NCBI GenBank assembly: GCA_964016885.1 | Contig: OZ024740.1 | Coordinates: 124,806,001 to 124,870,000 of the forward strand | Source of the DNA: Eledone cirrhosa | Taxonomy: Eukaryota | Reading direction: 5' to 3' | DNA: 64,000 nt | Part shown: positions 12,548-25,700 of the stretch, piece by piece | How the letters are laid out: each line of letters begins with the position of its first letter | Position numbering within the stretch: the stretch's first letter is position 1 | Notes under the pieces: generated by a model | The model's input: only the letters and a program-made list of their open reading frames with translations | What the model was told of the DNA's origin: nothing | Database searches by the model: none | Position numbers and translations under genes: made by a program

Positions 12548-15500
12548 TTACAGACACATACTCAGAGAAGGCCCATTCATTTGGGCCATACTTGATTCTC
12601 TCACCCATCTTTCAACAAAATGCTGGGAAGAGAGCACTTCCCTCTCTACCCTGATTTTCCTTTTCAAATGAAATTTGAAAAAGTTAATCAGGGCATCACC
12701 GAAGAGGTAAGTGCTCGTCTTCTGCCCTTTCAAACGTGTCCACCATACTATCTCTTTCGCCATGGCCACCAGACAGATAAAAACTGCCTGCCCTTCCAGG
12801 CTAAAGGAAGGGGGCGGGGCAATCCTCACGATGGACTCAGCTGATAGCTGGATCCGTCCTACACGTGACAGCAGGTGTTCGACATAAACCCACAAGTCAG
12901 CAATGCTCGGACACTGGACGAGTGCGTGCAGGACGGTTTCGTCGCCTTGCGCGCATCTCGGACATGCCCGGCTGACGGCACCTCCATGCCTGTAGAGTTT
13001 ATCCCGAACTGGCAAAGCTCCTCGTTAGCACTGCCAGGCCAGGGATTTCTGGAAGTTGTCCATAGGCCCCGGCCCGAAAGTCCTTCCGAAGAGATTGGCT
13101 AGTTGATTTTCGTCGACGCCTAGAGTTTCTCCAAGTACGTCGTCGCTCTTCCCCTCCACTAATCCCCTATAGAACGCCAAGGTGGAGTTTCCACCGATCA
13201 CATTGCCCGATTGGTCGAGGGCTGTGAGCGCCTGAAGACATTCCAGTCTCCAAGCGCTCCCTCTCGGTCTTCGCTTGACCCAGGACTGCAGCTCCGTCAA
13301 GGAGACGAGCTGGGGAAGAACGCGTCTAGCAAAGGGCGACCACACCTGATCACCGTCTAGGAAGAGGTGGAGATGTCGTAGCCTGAGCGCGTGTCTGCGC
13401 ATCATCAGCCACGGCATGCCCAGCCCTCCACGTAGCGGGTGTTGACAGCAGATGGACCGCCTGACCATCGGAGCGCGTCCCTTCCACAAGAAGCGAAAGA
13501 GCAAACGCTCCAGCGCAGTCAGGCGGGGCTTAGGACAAGGTACGACGGTCAGGCGGTAGTAGATGACGGATGCGATGTACGCATTCGCCACCTCCGCTCG
13601 ACCTTTCAGGGATAGCTTCCTCTCGGCCCATTTCTGGGTGAGAGAAGCCACCCTGCTCGTCACCTCGTCCCAGTTTTTGTCCGTCTGGAGGTCTGGACCG
13701 AACCAGACCCCTAGCAATTTAACCGGTCCGTCCGTCCAGCGCCCGACGACGCTGTTGGATGGCATGGACCTGCCTCTCCAGGTGCCGAGCTGCAGGCCCA
13801 CTGACTTTTCCTGGTTGATCATTGCTTCTGTCACCGCTTCGTATTCTCTTAGTGTAGTGCCGATCGCCTCGATGTGTTTGGCGTTCGACACCACTACGGT
13901 GACATCGTCGGCATATACTGACACGGATCTTCCGCATCCTAGTTCGCGCGGGACCCCCCTCAACGTCTCCAGTTTGTGCAGTAATGGCTCGAGAGTCAAT
14001 ACGTACAATAGGGACGAGAGGGGACATCCTTGGCGGACCGAGCGCATGATGTTGAACGGTTCCGAAAGGTGACCGTTCACTCTCACTACAGAGCAGATGT
14101 CGCTGTGCATGGCAGCGATCCAGCCTCTGAAGACGGGCCCAAAGCCAGCCGCCCTCAGGACTGCCGCTAGGTAACGATGGTCGACCCTATCGAAGGCTTT
14201 CGACTGATCTAAACTGATCAAAGACCCACCCGTGCCAGGTTCCCTAGCTACCCTCTCTACGATGTATCGCATGAGGTGGAGGTTGTCGTGGATGGATCTG
14301 TCGGGAATGGCGCATGTCTGTGCCTCTCCCACCAGACCACCAACGACAAGCGCCAACCTCTTTGCTAGCACCTTGGCCAAAATCTTGAACTCTGTGTTTA
14401 GCAGAGTTATGGGCCTAAAATTATCTATGTTATCCCCCTTGTTCGGATCCTTTCTCAGCAGCGCCACCGATCTTCGGCTCACAGAGTTGGGAATTCTCCC
14501 GTTCTGTTGCCAGTTGCAGTAAACGTCCGCCAAGAGGCCTCCGAACAAGTTTGGCATTTGTACGTAAAGTTCATAGGGCAGACCATCCAAACCAGGCGAT
14601 TTACCCCTTGTGCAACTAGTCATTGCATCCCGTACTTCAGCGGTTGTTATCGGCTTTTCGCAACACTCCGCCTCAGTGGCCGAAAGCCGCGGCAGTCCGT
14701 CGAGGTAGACACTAAAGTCCATCCCTCGATCCGGCCCGCCACTGCCCCCGAACAGTTGAGCGAAGTGTCGCTGAAAAGCTTCACACATTTGCCCGGGATC
14801 GAGTAGCATGCGCCCGTCGTGGTCCACCAAAGACCGGATCGTAGCTTTGTTGCCACGACGCGCCTCCGCCACTCGGGCCCATTGAACGGCTTTCGTCCCC
14901 TCGTGTCTGAAAGCACGCACCCTAGCTCTGACAACGCAGCCTTCGTGTTTTGCATTGAAGAATTGGTCAAGGGCCAATTTCGCCGCAAGTACGTCGGTCG
15001 CAATGCCTTTGCTAAGCGCCTCATCTAATTTTCTAACTAATTCTCCCTCTGCTCTATTTTTCTCTATTGCTAAAGTCTTACTAAACCTAATGGACTCTAT
15101 TCTAATTGCTCTTTTCAGAGCAAACCACCACTTGTTGTTGACGATGGCCCCCGTCAACGCCCGCTTAACTAGTTCGCTAATCCGGTCTCTGTAGGCCTTG
15201 CGCGCTGGTAAGGACGCGTTTAGTTTCCAGTAGCCGGGTCCTCGTCTATGAAGCCTATCTAAGTCAAGCACACAGATCACGAATTTGTGGTCCGTGTAGC
15301 TGACTATCTTGAATTGTGGACAGCCTATGCTAGACCTATTTATTTCCCTACAAAATACTCTATCTAGATATGATCTGGATGACCCTATGCGATTTGTCCA
15401 AGTCCACATTGGTACATTCGGGAAATCCATTCGGTACCTGTCAGACAGTTCAAAACGTCTGAGCAGGTTGGTGAGACTCTTGCACCCTCCTTCCCTATCC

Positions 15501-15971
15501 ACTAATCCCACACAATCCCAGCGTGCATCTAAGATCCCGTTCCAGTCGCCCACTAACACTAAAGAGCGGGACGTTCCAAGAAAGGTCTCCAGACGCCGGA
15601 AGAAATCAGGCCGCCCTGCTCCTGTCGGGGCATAGACGGCCCCTAACCTGAAAGCTTGCCCGTCTCCGCTGGTCACGTCCAGCACCACCAACTTACCTTC
15701 TGGGTCCAGGAAGATGGCCCGCATGGCAAGATCCAAACCTCTCCGAAAAAGCACAGCAACTCCCCCCCCCCCCCGATCCCGGACGGCTGGGAGATGCGTA
15801 CACATCGTAGCCGCCGAAGATCGGTGCGAAAGCCTGTGCTTCGGAGATTCTGGTCTCGCTGATGGCCACTACATCTATGTTTAGTGACCTGAGGTCGTTG
15901 AGCAGGTGGCCCTGCTTCCATGACGACCCCAAGCCACGCGCATTTATGCTGCCTATTCTGAGTGAGGTCAT
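12548..15971 (-). pseudogene. Tx1-A ORF2: AP endonuclease, reverse transcriptase and zinc finger; one frameshift and one premature stop
   Basis: MTSLRIGSINARG..ISET, VYAP, GDWN, SYLDR and TDH (APE motifs), then YADD. Frameshift in the C-run ~15762-15774 and TAA at 13025-13027 where other copies have TAC. Confidence 0.92.
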
Positions 15972-16005
15972 GTTGAAAAGGAGTGGAAAAGATGGGAAAG
16001 ACCAC

Positions 16006-17997
16006 TTACCTTACTTCTCGTAGGGGAAGGACGGTTTTTCCATCCTTTTCACTGCTTGTGGCCTCCTCAGGAAGGATGTCCTTATACATCCTCCTGGAGA
16101 GTGCTTGTCGGAAGTCTCCGATGTCTTTGGGGAATTTTTGTTTTAGTGTCATGTACGTTTTCTGTGTGATGCGAGTGATTTGTATGTGTGGAGGTGGTGT
16201 GAATTTTTGGGTTGTTGTGTAGTCTTTGTCTGTGATGCTGGTGTTGTGTTGGATGTAGTGTAATAATTGCTTGTTGTTCAAATTTAATGCTGTGTAGTGT
16301 GTATCGTTTTGGTTGTTTTGTTTTGTTTGCGTTTGTTGTGGGTTTGTTTCTGTTTCGCATTTTGGTGACTTTTGTGGTGTAGGTGATGGTGGTGCTGGGG
16401 TTAATGATGGTGATGGTGTTGGTGTTTGGGTTGATGGGGTTGGTGATGCTGGTGTGGATGGTGGCATATCTGTCCTAACTTTTTTGTTTCTTAATTTATT
16501 TGTATCCCTCTGTATTTTGTTTTTGGAGGGGGAAGGAAGAGAATTTTTTCTTTTTTGGTTTCTTATTTTTTTCCGGATATCGTTTCCCACTCCTCGTCGT
16601 CACAATCTGTCTCCAGTTGTGATAGGGCGGGGAGTGGAAAATCCTCCACAGCCGTTAGTTTTGGTTGTGGTGTGGTGTATGGTGTAGGCGCTTGTGCTAG
16701 TTCTGAAGCGTTGGGTGGTGGTGGTGTTGGATTTGCTGGTGGTGGTAGTGGTGTTGGTTTTGCTACTGTTGCTGGGGTTGTTGCTGTTATAGTTGCTTCT
16801 GTTGTTGCTGCTACAGTTGTTGCTGCCATCTCTGCTACTGGTGGTGTTGATGGTTGTGTCACTGGGGTGGGTAGGAGAGGTGGCCTCAACCTTTTAGCCT
16901 GAGGGCAGAAAGCCCTTAGGTGGGTTCCTTCACCACAAACGACACACCTAGGTCTTCTGCCCTCGACAATTACCGTGAGGTGGCTGCCGTCAGTGAGGTC
17001 TATTACCTCTGGGATCTCCTCAATGCTTTTTTGGTCCGCTTGGATCAGGAGCTCCATCCCAGATCCGGACCAGTTTTCCTGCTTTTCTTTTGCTATTGCT
17101 ATTATTTTCGTGTTGGCTTCGATGCCGGCGAGGACAGCCGCTATTAGCCAGGGAATTTCGATGGCCGGTGGAACGTGGGTCACCCTGATCTTTACGAGTC
17201 TCTGGCCACAATAGCTTGGGACGAGTGTGAAGTCGTCACTTTTTAATGGGGCCATGGAGTGTTCTCAGCCTCCTCTGGTGTTTCAAAGAACACATCCACG
17301 GTTCCATACTTTTGCCCACGTCTGATGTGGGTTATTCTTGCCCACACATGTCCGAAAGCTTTTTGGATTTGGGACTCGGATGCCCGTTCCACTCGGCGCG
17401 ATTTTACATTTATTGTTCTATACGACACGGTGCATAGGCGCCGATGCTCCATTTTATTAGGTGGGGGGGGGGGCTGACCCTGTACCCATCTTTCTTTACC
17501 ATTTGTTTGGCATTTTCTAAATCCTCCTGAGTTACCGTGAATGCTTCAAACTGTTTTGCTATTATGGCGAAACTGAGGGTCGGTTTTATAATGTCATTGT
17601 TGTTGTTGTTGCTATCGTTATTTGTGTTAATATTAATTTTAGTTTCAGTTGTGGTGGTGGTGACGTCAGTCGTCTTTGGTGGGGAAGAGTCCATTTTGCT
17701 TGATTTCATTTCGACATCACGAGTTAATTTATTTTTTTCTTCTTTTGTTTCTGTTGTCGCGGTGGTGGTGGGGGTGGTGGTTGTCGCGGTGGTGGTGGTG
17801 GTGGAGGCTTTAACACCTGCAGTCATTGGTAATGGCGGGAAATGAATGTCTGCCTGAGACAAATTTAAAATATTGCTACTGCTTATATTTTTTTTTGTGT
17901 TGGCAAACGTAGTAACATTTACAATGGTGGTGTCGGTGTGAGGTGTTAATTTGTGAGGAAGGCTTTCAGCTGCTTGGTGCAGAGCTGAATTAGCCAT
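16006..17997 (-). pseudogene. Tx1-A ORF1 (Thr/Pro-rich, RRM-like segment, CCHC zinc knuckle), split by ~3 frameshifts
   Basis: ORF pieces 17410-17997, 17243-17452, 16563-17255 (RPRCVVCGEGTHLRAFC) and 16006-16590. Homologous to family B ORF1 (FPKDIG vs FPRDVG). Confidence 0.8.
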
Positions 17998-18223
17998 TTT
18001 TTTTCAAAGAAATGTTTTGATAATAATAAAAGTTTAAATTTTGGGCACAAGGCCCCAATCTTTTTGGGTGTCCTTTTCGGAAAACAATGTATGTGCGCTT
18101 ATAAACAGTTAACAATAAAATTTTCCATAAATGACAATTTTTAACAAACGGAAATAACAAACCTTTGCGGAGCTCACGATGATACGATTTACTACGTAGG
18201 TCGCCAATAATAATAATAATAAT

Positions 18224-19856
18224 ACTGCTGGTGTTGGAGGAAGAAGAAGAAGGAAAGGGACAAGAACCAACTGGACGAAAGAATTGAATAGAACTGTTAT
18301 GCAATGTTATCTGAAGAGTAACCCCAAGGAAAATGGCTATAGGAAATGGATGCATAACATCTGGAACGAGATTGGTCTATTTAAATTAGATGAACAAAAA
18401 TTGGTCTGGCAGTCTCGGGTAATAAGAACTAATGGATGGATAATCGAGTTGGAACTGGAGGAACTGAGCAGAGAGATTAGGTTGTAAATGGAGAGTGGAG
18501 TATGCCAGGCAAACGAGCCAGTGGGAAATGAAGGTGAGGAGGTTGAGAGACCGGAGGAAGCATCTGAAGCAGCAATGATCTGAATGCTGAAATAAATAAT
18601 ACCTGGAACAAAGATACGGCCATTGAGGAGATGAATGCTGACGGGCTCCGACAAGATTTGGTTGATATCCTAAACTGAGTGGTAGATGAAATGAACAATG
18701 ATAGTGGGAAACCTATGAACCTAAGATTTGTAGACAGGAAAAAGTTAAAAGAAACAACAGCTAAGGTAAACAAAGTCATCCCATACCTTGAGACGAGGAG
18801 CCTTCACCAGTGCAACAATATCCTCAAAGCAACAGCAAATGCGGTGAGGAAATTACTTGGCATAAAAATGAGAGGAAACAACAAACAAGAAAGATCAGAA
18901 CCTTGGTTGAAGAAACGTCTGAATGGTCAAATCAGGGAAATGAGAAATGACATTGGAAAGCTTGAGTCCCTACTGAATGGGACACTACAAAACATAGACA
19001 CTAAAAATAGACTGGAAATAAAGTACAAAACTAGGAGGAAAAAGCTAAATATTATCATAGAGGAACTGAAGCAACGCATTGTTGCAAAGAGTCCAAATAT
19101 TAGGCGGTATGAGAGAGAGAGCAGAGTCAGTTAGTATAGACAGAACCGCATGTTTGACAACAACCAGAAGATGTTGTTTGGGCAGCTTGAAGGGAAAGAA
19201 AGAGGCAATGACTTGATCCCTGAGGCGGAACAGACTAAGACATTCTGGAGAGGAATATGGGAGCAGGATGTTGAACATAATGATCGGGCAGTGTGGATTG
19301 AGACAGTACAAAAGGATATTAATGAACAAGAACACCAACAAACTGATTTAAGTATCACAGTTGAAACTCTTAAAGGGCAGGCCAGAAAACTAACCAACTG
19401 GAAATCACCAGGCCCAGATGGTGTGTAGGGGAATTGGATTAAAAATATAATATCTCTCCACCCGAAACTGACAACCATGTTCAATGACTGCTTGATGTCG
19501 GGTGAGGTACCAGAGTGGTTGACAAAGGGTACCACAGTCCTGGTAATGAAAGACCGAATCAAGGGTAATGAGTTACCAACTATAGACCTATCACATGTCT
19601 GTCCGTAATGTGGAAACTGTTAACAAGGATTGTGTCTGAGCAAATCTACCATGACCTCACAAACAACTTGTTACCGGACGAACAGAAAGGATGCCGAAAG
19701 AAGTCCCGTGGTACAAAAGACCAACTACTTATTGATAAGATGGTAATGAGGAATTGCAAGAGGCGACACACTGGTCTTGCCATGGGATGGAGATACTACA
19801 AAAAGGCATTCGACATGGTACCTCATTCTTGGATAACCAAAAGCCTAGAGATCTCC
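18224..19856 (+). mobile_element. R4/Dong family 1, 5' portion (N-terminal domain to mid-RT), 3'-broken
   Basis: WTKELNRTVMQCY..GYRKWMHNIW..EQKL is typical of the R4/Dong N-terminus. 19312-19856 is nearly identical to 9982-10528. Confidence 0.88.
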
Positions 19857-22489
19857 CATAACTAGAATAGTCCTACTGTTGGCCCTCCATGCTAACCACC
19901 AAGAAATCCAAAGAAAAAGAGAGAAAAATGGACAAGGGAAGACAATAAAGAGGTCCTTGAGGCTTCCTACACTGCCATGTACTACCCATCAAATAAATCG
20001 AATACAGAACAGACATATATCAACTGGAAAAGGAAACAACCCGAAAACAGAGGCTATATTGACAGTAACAAACTAGCCAATATACGAAGAAATATTGTAA
20101 AAAAAAAAAGTTACTAACTGCTATAGAAATTGATCAGATCAAGCAATTAGCACAAAGTCAGCGAAGGGAAAATGAAACATGTGTCAGTGAAAACGAGGTA
20201 AATTGTAACACTTCCAATCCCAGGGTTGGGGCGGAATCACTGACAGCAGAACAAATTAAAGAAAGGATCGAAAAAGTGGAGGGAGTGCATGCTCAAGATG
20301 AAACTCAAAATGAAAACAATGAGATCGTAAATGATAAAGAAATGAATGAGAATGAACTTGCCAACTTGAAGGATGAAATTATGATTGAATGGAGGAAAAT
20401 GAAAGAATCTGACTCCAAACAGAACCAAAAGATAATACACAAGACTAACATAATTCTCAAAAACATTATCATCACAAACAAACTAAACATCACTGATCTA
20501 AATCATCTCTATTATGCATCGGCTAAAGTCACCAGTCACTTATATGGAGTGAAAAGGAAAAAAACAAAAGAATTCCCACAAGAAACCTACTTAGCAAGAG
20601 AACATCAAACACCAAATAAACCTTCTCCGATCTGATATAGAAAGTTTAACAAACTACAAAGTAGGTGAACATGTTAAACAAACTAAACTTAGAAAATTGA
20701 AAAGAAAATACAGTGTAAAATCAACAAGTGATATAGACATGCTGATAGAAATAATCAAGCAAAAAGTGTCAGCCAAAGCTGCTCGTATGAGGCGCTTTGA
20801 AAAACGATCTAGATTCTATAAGGACAATAATATGTTAAAAAACAACCAAAGAAACTTCTACAGAAAAATTGGCAAGTCAACAATAACTGCTAAATCAATA
20901 CCACCCAAGGAGGAAGTGCAAGAAAAGAACTGGGCTGAAGAAAAAGTTCATAATATACATGCCCCATGGATTGACAGACAAATGAAAGATACAGCTCACC
21001 TTGAGGAACAAACATGGGAAAATATAACAGTTGAACAGTTGCTCTTAGAAAAACCATCAAATGTAAATCCCCAGGAAAAGACAAAATACCAAATTTTTGG
21101 ATAAATGCCTTTACAGAGTCTCATTTAAATGCGTTTACAGAGTCTCTGTTAGCCCAACTTTACAATGAAATATTTAAGGAGCCAGAAAACGGCATTACAT
21201 TCCTACATCCGAAGAATGATGAGACAAACAATCTCAAAAATTACAGACCGATAACTTGCTTGACCACAATGTATAACATTTTAACATCAGTCCTAACTGA
21301 ATATACATATGACCACCTGATAAGAAATTATCTATTTCCCAATGAGCAGAAAGGGTGTAAACGAGGCTCATATGGCTATAAAGATCAGCTTTTGGTTAAC
21401 AAAATGATACTGGAAGATTGTCATAATAGACACAAAAATCTATCAATTGCTTGGATAGATTATAAAAAAGCATTCGATAGTTTGACACACAGTTGGATTG
21501 AAAAATGTTTAGAGATTTTCAAAATATCTCCCGTTGTCAGGAGGTTCCTGTCATTCAGTATGAAGACATGGAAAACGACACTCCTTTTGCATAGTGAAAA
21601 GAAATCACTAGAAGCTGGAGAAATTAATATTAATTGTGGAATTTTTCAGGGTCACTCTTTATCACCGATTTTATTCTGCATCGCACTTATACCATTAAGT
21701 AAAATGCTCAATGAAACAAAACATGGACCCTATAAGGATGAAATGCAAAGTTAACCGGGTAGGATTTGAACTCAGATCATAAAGGGGCGTAACTCTATGC
21801 TGAAAAGCATGGGGTCCTACCCTCCACCGATACTGCTAATCCACCGACCTGGTGGATATAATAATAATAATAACAATAATAGACAGAGCTGCACATTGGG
21901 TAATGTGTAAGCATTTTGACCTGCCTCATCAAAAGAATTGGTGGGAGCATCAACCACCTCCCGTACTTGAAAAAGATCACATCTCAATCTTGTGGAACTT
22001 TAGCATCAAAACAGACCGAAAAATAGATGCAGATAGACCTGATATAATACTGAAGGACTTTAAAAAGAGGTTATGCCTGCTAATTGATATATCCGTTCCA
22101 ATAGACAAGAAAGTATCTATAAAAACATTTGAAAAATTGAGCAAGTATAAGGACCTGGAGATAGAAATTGGAAAAATGTGGAAATTGAGAACTAAAACGA
22201 TACCAGTGGTTGTAGGCGCTCTAGGAATGATACCTAGGTGGTCTAATGATTACTTATCGCCAATCCCAGGAAACCCGCGTATAGGAGAAATACAAAAGAT
22301 AGTACTAATGGGAACTGCTCATATACTAAGGAAGATTCTGTCAATATAAGTACATCACAAGTCTAAACACATAAAGATGCATGTGTGTGTATGTATGTTC
22401 TTTCTTGAACATGGCAGATCTTGTTGTCTCTTGAGGTCACTGGATGTGACTTGGTGATAACTCGGATGAACATAAAGCAAGATAAATGC
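19857..22489 (+). mobile_element. R4/Dong family 2, decayed, central part replaced by an antisense SINE and a TAA tract
   Basis: N-terminal KWTREDNKEV; RT motifs EQKGC, WIDYKKAFD and GIFQGHSLSP; RLE motifs RPDII..DISVP..EKLSKY; 3' UTR followed by (AAT)n. Confidence 0.85.
21723..21850 (-). mobile_element. tRNA-derived SINE (ATT-tailed family), 3'-truncated
   Basis: Minus strand GGATTAGCAGTATCGGTGGAGG..CTGAGTTCAAATCC..TTTCATCCTT. Confidence 0.85.
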
Positions 22490-22505
22490 AATAATAATAA
22501 TAATA

Positions 22506-22768
22506 GAGTTAAAAAGGATTTGGAACTGCCATGAAATCAAGGTCGTCCTGATTGTCATAGGCTCACTCGGTACTATCTCAAAGAGTTTCCAAGGATGGTT
22601 AAAGAAGATTAGTCCAGCCCTGCTTTTTGGAACACTTCAAAAGGCATGCTTGCTGGGAACAGCAAGAACCCTCCGATACATCCTGAATATCTGAGGCTGC
22701 AGGTAATGGCTTGATATTCATTTCAACAAACTTTCCAGTTAAATAACATCAATGACTGAGATTCAAAG
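22506..22768 (+). mobile_element. R4/Dong family 1, short 3' fragment in (TAA)n
   Basis: Nearly identical to 11980-12243; TAA repeats on both sides. Confidence 0.9.
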
Positions 22769-22795
22769 AATAATAATAATAACAATAATAATAAT

Positions 22796-25700
22796 GATTT
22801 CATTTATTGGCCACAAGGGCCGACATATAGGGGACAATACAAAAGACTGGGACAGTTGGGTTTACAGAAAAATCGAGTAAACAATATGAATAACAATAAC
22901 AAAGTAACAATAACAAAGTAACAATAAAGTAACAAGAAAATTACAAGAAAACATTCCCCAATAGGGGGGATAACCACCTAGGGTTCGCTCAGGTACCCCA
23001 CCAGTCCTGAACGACCCAACGCTTCGAGAGCACCCTTGAAGGGCACCCCTCTCCTCTTCAAATTTACCTACCTACAGCCGCATGACCAGAGTAGGCCCAC
23101 TCACACGGGTCATTCTCCCTACATTCACCCACCTTTCAGCAAATGTACTGGGAGGCAGCAATTCTCTCTCCACCCTAACCTTCCATTCCAAGTGAAATTT
23201 GAAAAAGTTGATGAGGGATTGGCCGAAGAGAAACGTGTCTGTCTTCAGTCCTTCCAACCTCGTCCACCATACAACCTCTTTCGCTACTGCCACCAGACAG
23301 AGGAAAATTGCCTGCCCTTCCTGGCCAAAAGAAGGCGGCGGGTCGATCTTCACTATGGACTCGGCCGATAGCCGGATCCGTTCTACACGCGACAACAGCT
23401 GTTCAACATAACTCCACAAGTCAGTAATGCACGGACACTGGACGAGTGCGTGCAAAACGGTTCCGTCGCTCTGCGCGCATCTCGGGCAGGTCCGTCTGAC
23501 AACATTTCCGCGCCTGTAGAGTTTATCTCGAACCGGCAGTGCCCCCCGGTAGCACTGCCAAGCGAGGGATTTTGGGAAATTATCTATTGTCCCCGGCTCG
23601 GTACAGACTGGTTAGTTCGACTTCGTTGACTCCCAGAGCCTCTCCGAGTGCGTCGTCGCAATTGCCTACCACTAATCCTCTATAGAACTCGAGAGTGGAA
23701 GTTCGACTGACCGCATTGCCCGCCTGGTAGAGGGCAGTGAGTGCCTGGCAACATTCCAGATGCCAGTCACCCAGTCTCGGTCTCTTCTTGACCCAGGACT
23801 GCAACTCAGTCAAAGAAACGACCTGCGGAAAGTCCCTTCTGACAAACGGCGACCACACCTGTTCACCGTTTAGGCAGAATATCTGGAGATGCCGCAGCCT
23901 CAGCGCGAGCCTGAGCATCATTAGCCAAGGCATGCCAAGCCCTCCACGTAGAGGGTGCTGGCAGCAGATGGACCGCCTCACCAGCGGAACCTGACCCCTC
24001 CACAAGAATTTAAAGAGTAGGCGCTCCAAGATGGCGAGGCGCGCACGGGGGCATAAGATGACAGTCAGACGGTAGTAGATGACGGACGCGATGTACGCGT
24101 TCGCCACCTCCGCCCGACCTTTCAGTGATAGCTTCATCCCAGCCCATTTCTGGGTGAGACTGACTACCCTGCCCGTCACTTCGGTCCAATTCTTATCCAC
24201 CTGGGGGTCTGGCTCGAACCAAACCCCTAGCAACTTTACCGGTCCGTCCGTCCAGCGCCTAACGACGCTGTTGTTCGGAATAGACTTGCCTCTCCAGGTG
24301 CCGAGTTGCAAGCCCACTGACCTTTCCGGGTTAAGTTTTGCTCCCGTCAACCTTTCATATTCCTCCAATAAGTTGCCGACCACCTCGATTTCTGATGGCG
24401 TCCGCATAAGCTTTTCCGCGTCCCGGTTCGAGCGGGATGCCCTGCAACAGCTCCAGCTTCCGCAGTAAAGGCTCGAGAGTCCATACGTACAGAAGGGAGG
24501 AGAGAGGGCACCCTTGACGGACCGATCAGGAGACATGAAACGGTTCCGAGAGGTGGCCATTAATTTTGACCATCGAGCAGGTGCCGCTGTGCATTGCAGC
24601 GATCCAGCTTCTGAAGACGGGGCCGAAGCCAGCCGCCTTGAGGACAGCCTCCAGGTATCGATGGTCGACCCTATCGAATGGTTTCGATTGATCTAAATTG
24701 ATCAGAGCCCCACCGAAGCCAGGTTTACACCCTACCCTCTCTATGATGTATCGCACTAGGTGGAGGTTGTTGTGTATGGACCTGGTTGGGATTGCGCGAG
24801 ATTGCGCCTCCCCAATCAAATCCCCGACGACAAGCGCCAACCTCTTCTCTAACACCCTGGCCAAATCTCTGTTGAGCAGAGTTATGGGCCTGAAATTGTC
24901 TAATGTGTCCCTCTTGTTCTCGTCTTTCCTTATCAGCGTCACTACGCCCGGCTCACAGAACTGGGAATACTCCCGTTTTGCTGCCAGTTGCAGTAGAGGG
25001 CTTCGAGGAGATTGGAGAACAAGTCTGGCATATTTACATAAAGCTCGTAGGGCAGACCATCCAAACCGAGTGACTTGCGCCTCAAGCAGCCGATAAGGGC
25101 ATCCTGAATCTCGGCTGAAGTAATTGGCCTTTCGCAGCGTCAGCCGTCGAGAGTTGCGGCAAGCCATCGAGGTAGGGATTGAAGTCCGCCACCATCTCTG
25201 ACTCGCCACTTCCCCCGAACAACCGAGAAAAATGTTGGCGAAAGGCCTCACACATACTCTTGGAATCGCTCAGCTCGTGCCCGTCTCGGTTCGTCAAAGA
25301 CCGAAGTGTGGTTTTATTACCACGCTGTGCTTTCGCCACGCGGGCCCATCGAACAGCTTTGGTTCCCTCGTTTCTTAGAGCACGCGCCTTAGCTCTGACA
25401 ATGCAACCTTCGTGTTTCGCATTGAAGAAATGGTCTAATGCCATTCTCGCCGCTAGCACGTCAGTTGCAATACCACTACAAATAGCCTCCTCTAACTTAT
25501 CTACCAACTTCCCCTCCTTTCTATTTTCCTCTAATGCTACTTCTTTGCTAAACTCTATCGACATTACTCTAATCTCTCTTTTGAGAGCCCCCCACCATCT
25601 ATTGTTGACGACTCCCCCTGTCAACTTTTTCTTAACTAAATTGTTGACCTGGTCCCTGTAAGCCTTACAGGCAGGAAATGACATGTTTAGCTTCCAGTAA

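Larger units (their letters stand above)
12305..18205 (-). mobile_element. Full-length L1/Tx1-clade LINE, family A (~5.9 kb)
   Basis: 5' UTR begins GGCGACC next to (AAT)6 at 18206-18223. ORF1, ORF2 (APE-RT-zf) and 3' UTR are all present. Confidence 0.93.

Noticed and set aside
13563-14072. Antisense ORFs recurring in Tx1 copies (also 1294-1779 and 24079-24468)
   Set aside because: Best explained as shadow ORFs of GC-rich ORF2; there is no independent evidence.
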